From sequence record OR906198.1: 64,000 nucleotides of DNA; one strand, written 5' to 3'. Origin of the DNA: Escherichia phage BP32. The translations under genes were made by a program, and so were the position numbers. Of this stretch, positions 1 through 7,661 are shown one piece after another. Numbering within the stretch: position 1 is the first letter of the stretch; each line of letters begins with the position of its first letter. Under the pieces are notes generated by a model, which was not told the DNA's origin, searched no databases, and was given only the letters and a program-made list of their open reading frames with translations.

Positions 1-95
1 TAAATGATGTTAATGTTGTTGTATTAAACAAAGAAGAAGCTGTTTTATTAAAGACTTATCTTGATTCTGTCATTCCAACTATGATTTCAAAGTGA
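1..95 (+). CDS. 3' end of an upstream ORF (partial; start lies outside the window)
   Basis: Open frame in codon phase 3 with no stop until TGA at 93-95; followed by GAGGAAA RBS and the ATG at 102. Confidence 0.35.
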   Translation, partial: NDVNVVVLNKEEAVLLKTYLDSVIPTMISK

Positions 96-101
96 GGAAA
101 T

Positions 102-623
102 ATGTTTATTTCAAGTGGAAGTGGTTTAATTCGTGTTGAATTTAAAAATGACATCTTCCTTATTCAAGGAGATGATATTATTAAAATGAGTTATGACGAA
201 ATCAAGAAAATTTGTCACGCTCTTGAAAGTCATGGAAAGGAAAATGCTACTATCGATATAGGTGATTTATGGGTAACGCTTTATGAAGTATCCGAAGGAT
301 TTAACATTGAAGATGAAAATAACATTTTAGCTATTGATAAAAGGACCGATTTGTTTGATGTGTTAAAAGTTTATGAACAGTCAAACGGTGGAAGAAAAGC
401 CGTATTGATTTATCAAAAACCGCATTCATGTGGAACTGCTTCAATCATTTCAAATATTGAAGATGAAACTGATACCTATATGTGTGTTTTGAAAGCTGGT
501 GGTGACCGTCATCCGGATTTTATTTCTATTCGTCAAAACAATGGAGAAATTTCATTATCAAAATCAGAAGCTGAAGCTATGATTAAGTATTTAACAACTG
601 TTACACCTTCAATGAAAGGATAA
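102..623 (+). CDS. hypothetical protein (173 aa), nrdC-distal block
   Basis: Track ORF; ATG preceded by GAGGAAA RBS; tightly packed with the next gene. Confidence 0.7.
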   Translation: MFISSGSGLIRVEFKNDIFLIQGDDIIKMSYDEIKKICHALESHGKENATIDIGDLWVTLYEVSEGFNIEDENNILAIDKRTDLFDVLKVYEQSNGGRKAVLIYQKPHSCGTASIISNIEDETDTYMCVLKAGGDRHPDFISIRQNNGEISLSKSEAEAMIKYLTTVTPSMKG

Positions 624-625
624 TT

Positions 626-1072
626 ATGATTATTAATGAAAACTCTTGGCACGTTCGTATGCATGATTTCTTTTACTGGCAGCGTCCGAATTCTTTGTGT
701 AAATATTTCTGGAAAATGGCGTGGACGTTCTTAGTTATCGGTGTTATTTGCACATCGGGGCTATTAGGTAGTTGGGTGGTAGGACAAGCTATTTTAAGTC
801 AATTTGGTGTTACAGGATTCTGGCTTCTACATGCAGGCGGAACCGTATTTGGTGTACTGATATTTGCTACGATTGTCATTATTGCAGTAGGTATAGCATA
901 TATTGTAGCTAAGATTTCAGGTTTATGGGAAGGAGTCAGGTATGATAGAGCGTGGAAGCGTCAACAAGACGAAGAAAACGGTATTGAACATCCTAAGAGT
1001 GTAATCGTTGAATACCTTAAAGCTAGTAAATCTAAAATCTGCCCTATGATAGAATTTAAGGATGTTAAATGA
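626..1072 (+). CDS. small membrane protein (148 aa, 2-3 predicted TM helices)
   Basis: Track ORF; long hydrophobic stretches (WTFLVIGVICTSGLLGSWVVGQAIL; VFGVLIFATIVIIAVGIAYIVA); starts 3 nt after previous stop. Confidence 0.65.
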   Translation: MIINENSWHVRMHDFFYWQRPNSLCKYFWKMAWTFLVIGVICTSGLLGSWVVGQAILSQFGVTGFWLLHAGGTVFGVLIFATIVIIAVGIAYIVAKISGLWEGVRYDRAWKRQQDEENGIEHPKSVIVEYLKASKSKICPMIEFKDVK

Positions 1073-2079
1073 AAACAGTAATGAAAAGCTATTTTGGTAG
1101 TCATCTTTATGGAACTTCTACTCCAGAATCTGATGTAGATTTCAAAGAAATCTTTGTTCCTCCTGCTCGCGACATTCTTATCGGAAATGTTAAAGAGCAT
1201 ATGAGTAAAAACACTAACAACACATCATCTAAAAACACTAAAGATGATATTGACCATGAACTATACAGTCTTAAGTATTTCTTTAAATTAGCAGCAGATG
1301 GTGAAACTGTAGCATTGGATATGCTCCATACTCCACCTGAACTGGTAGTTAAATCTGATTTGCCTGATGTATGGAAGTTTATTCAAGACAATCGTTCTCG
1401 TTTTTATACGACTAACATGAAATCCTATTTAGGATATGTCCGCAAGCAAGCTTCTAAATACGGTGTCAAGGGTTCTCGTTTGGCTGCATTGCGTGATGTA
1501 TTGAAAGTAGTTAATCAAATCCCTGATCAGTGGGTTGATTATCAAGAAGACGGTTCCATTAAGCAACGTCGTACTAAAGTTGAAGATATTAAGCATCGTC
1601 TTCCAGAGAACGAGTTCTGTGAATGGGTGTTCCATAATCACGAGAAAACAGGCCCGCAAACGTTCTATACTGTGTTGGGTCGTAAATATCAGACAACGCT
1701 TTCTCTTATTGAGCTTAAGCAGTCACTGAACAAATTAGATGCTGAATACGGCGAACGTGCTCGTAAGGCTGAAGCGAATGAGGGCATTGACTGGAAAGCT
1801 CTTAGTCATGCTTGCCGTGGTGGACTCCAACTATTGGAAATTTACAAAACTGGTGATTTGGTTTATCCACTCCAAGATGCTCCATTTATTCTCGACGTGA
1901 AGTTGGGTAAACATCCATTTAAAACTGTTCAAGAGTTTTTGGAAGATGTGGTCGATCAAGTAGAAGCAGCATCCATTGAAGCTTCTAAGAACGGTATGCA
2001 GCAAAAAGTAGACATGAGTTTCTGGGATGACTTCCTTGAGAGGGTTTATCTTGAAAACCACCGAAGTTATTATAAATGA
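1069..2079 (+). CDS. nucleotidyltransferase-fold protein (Pol-beta superfamily-like motif), 336 aa
   Basis: N-terminal YFGSHLYGTSTPESDVDF matches the hG[GS]x(9-13)Dh[DE]h NTase signature; ATGA overlap with upstream gene; terminator follows. Confidence 0.6.
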   Translation: MKTVMKSYFGSHLYGTSTPESDVDFKEIFVPPARDILIGNVKEHMSKNTNNTSSKNTKDDIDHELYSLKYFFKLAADGETVALDMLHTPPELVVKSDLPDVWKFIQDNRSRFYTTNMKSYLGYVRKQASKYGVKGSRLAALRDVLKVVNQIPDQWVDYQEDGSIKQRRTKVEDIKHRLPENEFCEWVFHNHEKTGPQTFYTVLGRKYQTTLSLIELKQSLNKLDAEYGERARKAEANEGIDWKALSHACRGGLQLLEIYKTGDLVYPLQDAPFILDVKLGKHPFKTVQEFLEDVVDQVEAASIEASKNGMQQKVDMSFWDDFLERVYLENHRSYYK

Positions 2080-2082
2080 TAA

Positions 2083-2106
2083 GGGAGCCTTCGGGCTCCC
2101 TTTTTT
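2083..2106 (+). terminator. rho-independent terminator
   Basis: GGGAGCC-TTCG-GGCTCCC hairpin followed by TTTTTT, directly after stop at 2079. Confidence 0.8.
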
Positions 2107-2130
2107 ATTTCAAAAATTTTTCATAAAACT

Positions 2131-2160
2131 GTTTACAAGCATAAAGCTTTATGGTACTAT
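2131..2160 (+). promoter_or_regulatory. T4-type early (sigma70) promoter
   Basis: -35 GTTTAC (2131-2136), 18-bp spacer, -10 TACTAT with upstream TGG; A/T-rich upstream region. Confidence 0.65.
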
Positions 2161-2194
2161 ACAACTATCAACTGATACGGATTTGGAGAATAAA

Positions 2195-3163
2195 ATGAAA
2201 ACTGTAACTATCAATAAAGGTATCTACTTCGGTAAAGAAATCTCTGGAACTTTTGAGCTCTTAGGCGAATGGTTCCCAGATAATGCTCCGGTAGATGCAC
2301 AAGGAGATGGTAAAGTTTTTGTTGAAATTGACGGTAAACGTCGCGGTGTTTGGGTTTACAAATCAGATATTTCATATGATGGTGTAAAAGTTGAAGAAGT
2401 TAAAGAATCATATGAAGATATGAAAACCCGCATTAATAAAAGATTTAATGTTATGGGAATGATGACGAATGGTATTATTAATGGAAATATTCGTTCATTA
2501 ATTATCTCTGGCGCAGCAGGTATTGGTAAAACGTATTCTTTAGATAAAGCTTTAAATAAAGCAAATGATATTGGATACATTGAATATAAAAGCATTAATG
2601 GTAAAATCTCTGGTATTGGTCTTTATGAGCAGCTTTGGAATAATCGTGAAGAGAACTCTGTCCTTTTGATTGATGATGTGGATGTTTTCTCTGATATGGA
2701 CATTCTTAATCTTCTGAAAGCTGCTCTGGACACTGGAGAGACCCGTAAAGTCTGCTGGAGCACTGCATCTTCTTACTTAGAAGAAAAAGGCATTGACCGT
2801 GAGTTTGAATTTAAAGGAACGATTGTTTTTATCACAAACGTTGATATTGACCGCGAATTAGACCGTGGTACTAAACTTGCCCCACACTTACAAGCATTAG
2901 TGTCCCGCTCAGTTTATTTAGATTTGGGTGTTCACACTAATGAAGAAATTATGGTCAGGGTTGAAGATGTTATTCTTTCAACCGACATGATGCAAAAGCG
3001 CGGTCTTTCTGATGAAGAAACTTATAAAGCATTATCATGGATGAAAGTTAATGTTAATCGTTTACGCAATGTTTCACTGCGTACTGCTCTTTATCTTGCT
3101 GACTTTATTATGACCGACAAAAACGGTTGGGAAGAAATTGCTGAGGTTACTCTTCTGAAATAA
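2195..3163 (+). CDS. P-loop NTPase (AAA-like ATPase), 322 aa
   Basis: Walker A GAAGIGKT and Walker B-like VLLIDDVD; ATG after GGAGAATAAA RBS; track ORF 2027 start is an upstream extension through the promoter. Confidence 0.7.
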   Translation: MKTVTINKGIYFGKEISGTFELLGEWFPDNAPVDAQGDGKVFVEIDGKRRGVWVYKSDISYDGVKVEEVKESYEDMKTRINKRFNVMGMMTNGIINGNIRSLIISGAAGIGKTYSLDKALNKANDIGYIEYKSINGKISGIGLYEQLWNNREENSVLLIDDVDVFSDMDILNLLKAALDTGETRKVCWSTASSYLEEKGIDREFEFKGTIVFITNVDIDRELDRGTKLAPHLQALVSRSVYLDLGVHTNEEIMVRVEDVILSTDMMQKRGLSDEETYKALSWMKVNVNRLRNVSLRTALYLADFIMTDKNGWEEIAEVTLLK

Positions 3164-3264
3164 TTCATAAGAGGACTTCTATGACAAAAAGGCAGTTCAG
3201 AAATAGATTATATGGACTGCCATTAAAAAGATGACTAGAATTAAACTGGTGAATGGAGGTAGTG

Positions 3265-3567
3265 ATGTTATACTCAAAGGCTCGTGAAATTTACGAAACT
3301 AAAATTAAAGAAGCAGTATTTCAATTCGCAACGACAATGCGATGGACAAATGACTGGGAGTATTCAAAAAATCATAAGAAGCCCATGGTGACAAGAAAGG
3401 CTCATATGTTAGTGTTAATAGACCGTGAGCAGATTAAAGCCCGAGAAGCCCTCCAGAATCATAAAAAGGCTGCCTTTGAATGGTTTATGGATAATACTGC
3501 TCCTGAGACTAAGAAAGCGGTAAGTGCATGGTTCAGTGGAAAAAATTGTGAAAGAAGTTTCTTTTAG
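3265..3567 (+). CDS. hypothetical protein (100 aa)
   Basis: Track ORF; ATG at 3265 follows GGAGG with 5-nt spacer. Confidence 0.5.
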   Translation: MLYSKAREIYETKIKEAVFQFATTMRWTNDWEYSKNHKKPMVTRKAHMLVLIDREQIKAREALQNHKKAAFEWFMDNTAPETKKAVSAWFSGKNCERSFF

Positions 3568-3569
3568 TT

Positions 3570-3599
3570 GTTTACAAGACTGTTCCTCTGTGGTACTAT
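3570..3599 (+). promoter_or_regulatory. T4-type early promoter (cassette copy 1)
   Basis: -35 GTTTAC, -10 TACTAT; 57-58 bp cassette nearly identical to 56752-56808. Confidence 0.65.
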
Positions 3600-3627
3600 A
3601 CAACTATCAACTACGGAGGAACAGAAA

Positions 3628-4155
3628 ATGAACGCTAAAGATATTTTCAACTTGGTAAATTACAACGATGGTAAATTTAAATCTGAAGCACAAAGCAAGT
3701 TCTTTAACGACATCTCAATCGGAGGTGAAATCACTGTTGATGGAGGACAAATTTACAAATCCCGTTGGAATTGGATCGTTATTATTGATGAGATCGGTAT
3801 TGTAGAAATTTACAAGAATACGAATAAAAATAGTACATTACACTGGTCTCGTGATACTAACGAACAGTACAAAAAGGATAAAGCATCTAAATTATCTCGT
3901 GTAACTCAAGAAGATATTGAGTTCATCAAGAAAGATATTTTAATGTATGATAACTTAATTGCTGAAGAGCAAGCTGTTATTGATAAATTTGACGAGATTA
4001 AAGCTTCTCGTGAAATTCCTGATTTTATGAAAGAATCAGTAAATGAACGATACACTCTCATTTCAGAGCGTATTGAAACTTACAAAAAGCAAAGAGCTGA
4101 ACGCCAAAATACTCTTCGGAAGTTTGAAGAACGGTTAAAGACGGTACTCGCATAA
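3628..4155 (+). CDS. hypothetical protein (175 aa)
   Basis: ATG after ACGGAGGAACAGAAA leader; track ORF 3568 start is a TTG extension through the promoter. Confidence 0.65.
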   Translation: MNAKDIFNLVNYNDGKFKSEAQSKFFNDISIGGEITVDGGQIYKSRWNWIVIIDEIGIVEIYKNTNKNSTLHWSRDTNEQYKKDKASKLSRVTQEDIEFIKKDILMYDNLIAEEQAVIDKFDEIKASREIPDFMKESVNERYTLISERIETYKKQRAERQNTLRKFEERLKTVLA

Positions 4156-4181
4156 CCGCTTTATACCAAGGATGGTATAAT
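4153..4181 (+). promoter_or_regulatory. candidate extended -10 promoter
   Basis: TGGTATAAT with weak -35; upstream of the 4211 gene. Confidence 0.4.
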
Positions 4182-4210
4182 GGTTCTAAGCCCTTTTAAT
4201 TGAGATTATT

Positions 4211-4618
4211 ATGAAACAGCTGATAATTAAAAGATTGAATTTATTGATATGTTGTTTATGTGTAGTAGTTGCATATGGTTATTACGCAATTAATGATTAT
4301 ATGCATTATAAAGATTATGATGTTACTGTAGTTAATACCATTACAGGAACACAAGGAAAAGGGTCTAGTTTATCGTTTATTGCCGTATATGAACTCAAAG
4401 ACGGTTATAGATTTAGTGAATATATTTCACCAGAGATGTATTCGTCAATAGAAAAAGGTGATAATATTACTGTAAGTTTACGTCCTTTCGACGTAAAACA
4501 GACATTGTTTGATAATATTGTTTGGTTCTTTGGAATGGTATTAGTTCAATCTGTGTGTGGTGCTTATATAGTCTTTTCCATCATATTCTGTGTATTTAGT
4601 AAAATTGAAATTGAGTGA
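4211..4618 (+). CDS. membrane protein (135 aa)
   Basis: Track ORF; N- and C-terminal hydrophobic segments. Confidence 0.6.
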   Translation: MKQLIIKRLNLLICCLCVVVAYGYYAINDYMHYKDYDVTVVNTITGTQGKGSSLSFIAVYELKDGYRFSEYISPEMYSSIEKGDNITVSLRPFDVKQTLFDNIVWFFGMVLVQSVCGAYIVFSIIFCVFSKIEIE

Positions 4619-4625
4619 GGAAAAT

Positions 4626-5513
4626 ATGTCAGTCGTAATTAATAATGTCAATGCAGTAATTAAATCTTTAGTTAATAAAAAATCAAATGAATGGACTGTA
4701 CTTCAACACGACGAGTCAGATAAATTTTTTCATAAATTTAACCCAGTACTAAATTTAAATGTTATTGATAAAGATGTTCACGCCGAAATTTTAGATAAGT
4801 TTAAAGTTGATATTGGATTTGGATTAGAAAAACATTTACAACGAACAAACGGGTCTGGAATGCTTTTATCTAATCGCATCATGAAAGCCCTTAATAAAAT
4901 TGGAGCGTTGTCTCGCATTAACGCGAGTGAAATTCTTCGCAATTATAATAAAGGATATGACCTTTATGGTCGACTAATGCCGAAATTATCATTTGACCAA
5001 ATGATCGCAGATTTGTGGGAAAATCAACGACGATTATTAGCATTAGGCGCTCGATTAGCTAAAGGTCTAGATAAACAAATGATTTTTAAAACTAATAATA
5101 CAGAAGACCTTAAATGCTTTAAATTTAGTACTCGTGGAGATGATTATTACGTCAGAGCTCGCTCTACAGATTATGTTAATATGGGGCATCATCTCTGTTT
5201 AGCTTTTGAAATTTTAAAAGAAGCTGGAACATTAGAATATGTGTCTGGTGCTAAATGTCCGATTGGTTCAAGTTGTATTTTAATTTATCGCCCGGATGAA
5301 TCCAGTTCAACTAAATTGCCTACAAAACCTGTACCAGTTCATAGTAATGAAAAACATTCTGAACAAATTGATTATTTTAATAAGCAAATTGAAGAGCTGA
5401 ATATTTCTATTCAACAATATGACGATGAAATCTTTAGACTATCCGGATTGAGTAGTAAAGCTAAATCTGAACGTGAAAAATTAATTAAAATTGTTGATTT
5501 ACTTAAATCTTAA
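4626..5513 (+). CDS. hypothetical protein with C-terminal coiled coil; member 1 of a tandem paralogue array
   Basis: ATG after GAGTGAGGAAAAT RBS; C-terminal heptad-like segment; internal motif LLALGARLAKG resembles paralogues. Confidence 0.65.
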   Translation: MSVVINNVNAVIKSLVNKKSNEWTVLQHDESDKFFHKFNPVLNLNVIDKDVHAEILDKFKVDIGFGLEKHLQRTNGSGMLLSNRIMKALNKIGALSRINASEILRNYNKGYDLYGRLMPKLSFDQMIADLWENQRRLLALGARLAKGLDKQMIFKTNNTEDLKCFKFSTRGDDYYVRARSTDYVNMGHHLCLAFEILKEAGTLEYVSGAKCPIGSSCILIYRPDESSSTKLPTKPVPVHSNEKHSEQIDYFNKQIEELNISIQQYDDEIFRLSGLSSKAKSEREKLIKIVDLLKS

Positions 5514-5521
5514 GGAACACC

Positions 5522-6550
5522 ATGAAAACTCGTTCTCAAATTGAAGATATGGTTCGTAATGCCAGTTATACTCGTGATGTTATGACATTTTTGTGTGAAA
5601 ATAATTTAGACCTTAATAAAGTTAATTGTTCCATTCACGCCTTTAAACATCTGAATAGCAGTGAATGGGTGCGTAATTTTAGCGAAGCAGGGTATATTAC
5701 ACAAATGACGGCTCGTGAGCAGCTCACTGATTTCTGTAAAACTATCGATTATAAAAATCCTCTATTTGTTCAAGGCGTTGGTCAAAGTAAGGTCGATTTA
5801 TCATCTGGATTTTTTAATCCAAATCATTATCGTATTGAATGGAGATTTATTGCTCTGTTCCGCAAGCAACTAAAACAAATTTTATCAACTGCGAGTCGAT
5901 TAAAAGGTTCTGATATTAACTTAAAGAATCTGAAATTTGATGGTTATACTCTTCAGATGGAAGTAAGACCATTAAAAGAAAATAATAGAACTGCACGAAT
6001 TAGCTTTAAACCTAATACAAAAAATTCTCTTTCAATTTGTGAATGCCTTAAATCGCAGTTGACAGAAGCATTTAAGTATATGGATGTTGTTGCTGCTGTC
6101 CAGTCTAAGATTTCACAGCGTTTCGAACTATTTAAATTAGACACAACAACATATAAACTTGATATGATCGTTTCATTTAAATACGATTTTTTGAGAAAGG
6201 ACGAAGTCACACAAGAGAAAAAGCAGGAAGTGCAAGATAACTTAAATTTAAATTTATCCAATTACTCATCAAACGATCCTAAATTTTGGATGTATAGTTC
6301 AGGTAATAAAGATGCATGGAAATTCAATAAAGTGAATTTTCTTCCTATTGAAAATCCGAGTCTTAAACCTGTTGAAAAATGGCATGCAGATGCGATTGAA
6401 AAGTCTATCAAGGCAGTAGATGATGAACTCGTTAAAGCAACTAATGAAGTGTTAGAAGCTGAAAAGATGCTAGAAAAAGCTCAAGAAAAAGTCAAAAATC
6501 TCACGAAGCAACGTTCTAAACTGAACAATGCACTAAATGCACTGAACTAG
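5522..6550 (+). CDS. hypothetical protein with C-terminal coiled coil; paralogue array member 2 (342 aa)
   Basis: Track ORF; N-terminus MKTR..; motif FRKQLKQILSTASRL shared with next gene. Confidence 0.7.
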   Translation: MKTRSQIEDMVRNASYTRDVMTFLCENNLDLNKVNCSIHAFKHLNSSEWVRNFSEAGYITQMTAREQLTDFCKTIDYKNPLFVQGVGQSKVDLSSGFFNPNHYRIEWRFIALFRKQLKQILSTASRLKGSDINLKNLKFDGYTLQMEVRPLKENNRTARISFKPNTKNSLSICECLKSQLTEAFKYMDVVAAVQSKISQRFELFKLDTTTYKLDMIVSFKYDFLRKDEVTQEKKQEVQDNLNLNLSNYSSNDPKFWMYSSGNKDAWKFNKVNFLPIENPSLKPVEKWHADAIEKSIKAVDDELVKATNEVLEAEKMLEKAQEKVKNLTKQRSKLNNALNALN

Positions 6551-6579
6551 TTTACTTTACCACAGGGATGTGGTATAAT
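6550..6579 (+). promoter_or_regulatory. T4-type early promoter
   Basis: -35 GTTTAC, spacer TTTACCACAGGGATGTGG, -10 TATAAT. Confidence 0.65.
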
Positions 6580-6607
6580 GTTCTTACTTTCTACTGAGGA
6601 GATTAAT

Positions 6608-7609
6608 ATGACTCGTAACGAATATATCAAATCATTCAATAGCGTTATTGATGATAAAGCTATACCGATGTTTGGCCAAAATAGCGTTCTTTCTATTATC
6701 AATCAATGGCTCAATAGTGTTGATGCAGGTATTGTTTCTTCTACTAAATTTATTCATGAAATTCGTAAAATTTCTAGTCGTGTAGATAAAGATGTTATCA
6801 AGAAAACCTTTAAAGAGTCTCGTCTTCTTTCATATTTGGTTAATCGGGATATTCTTGGTAATTTTGGGAAAGAAATTAAACGAACCAAAGATGTAGTAGG
6901 ATATAATTGGTTCGGTGATGTTAATACTTATCATCTTAATACTAAAGAAGACCCTGAGAATATTTTTACTCGTCGTTGGGTTAGTGAATTTAGGAGTTTT
7001 ACGAAGCAAATTCTAAAATCAGCTTCTAAATTATGTTATGGCGATTATCGTCAAATTCATCCCTTAGCTGATGATATGATTATAGCAGAAGAATATGAGC
7101 TTGATAAAAACAAAGTAGCTATTTTTATTAATTACAGATTTTTTACACCAGAAACTAACCAAAGGAATATTAATAAATTTTTCTCAATTGCTAGCACTAT
7201 AACTCGTCAATTAGAGACTGCACTACTTTGTATGGAAACGGTAGAAAATATTCATACTTATCCTTTTAAGAATATGTGCGGCTGGGAAGGATATAAAATT
7301 GTAGTTAGTCTTCGTGAAGTGAAATGTGCTTATTCACCGACTGATAAAGAAATTTACCAACAAAAATGCGAAGAAATTGTGAATACTCCTAAAGAAGAAA
7401 CTACCCTTGAGGAACTAATGGAATGTCTTGATGATTCGCCTGAACCGGTAGAAATTCGTCCAGAAGTTATTGCATTAGAAAAAGCTTATAAAGAAGTTTT
7501 AGAAATTTCTAATAAAGCGCAGAAAGAATATGAGAAGGCTAAAAGGATTTGGGAAGAATCTGTTAATCGCTTGGATCGTCTTGAACAAGCTTTACAGTTA
7601 ATTAAGTAA
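6608..7609 (+). CDS. hypothetical protein with C-terminal coiled coil; paralogue array member 3 (333 aa)
   Basis: ATG after GGAGATTAAT; motif FRSFTKQILKSASKL; own early promoter upstream. Confidence 0.7.
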   Translation: MTRNEYIKSFNSVIDDKAIPMFGQNSVLSIINQWLNSVDAGIVSSTKFIHEIRKISSRVDKDVIKKTFKESRLLSYLVNRDILGNFGKEIKRTKDVVGYNWFGDVNTYHLNTKEDPENIFTRRWVSEFRSFTKQILKSASKLCYGDYRQIHPLADDMIIAEEYELDKNKVAIFINYRFFTPETNQRNINKFFSIASTITRQLETALLCMETVENIHTYPFKNMCGWEGYKIVVSLREVKCAYSPTDKEIYQQKCEEIVNTPKEETTLEELMECLDDSPEPVEIRPEVIALEKAYKEVLEISNKAQKEYEKAKRIWEESVNRLDRLEQALQLIK

Positions 7610-7639
7610 TTTAAAGCCAAGGATGGCTCGGAGTATAAA
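7610..7639 (+). promoter_or_regulatory. candidate promoter (sigma70-like or late-like TATAAAT)
   Basis: TTTAAA ... 18 bp ... TATAAA upstream of the 7662 gene. Confidence 0.35.
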
Positions 7640-7661
7640 TCATTAACTAAGTGAGAAGAAC

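Noticed and set aside
3568-3627. N-terminal extensions of track ORFs through promoter regions (also 2027-2194, 56210-56302, 56713-56808)
   Set aside because: These rely on TTG/GTG or distant ATG codons and would place the -35/-10 elements inside coding sequence; the downstream ATG with a proper SD is the more plausible start.
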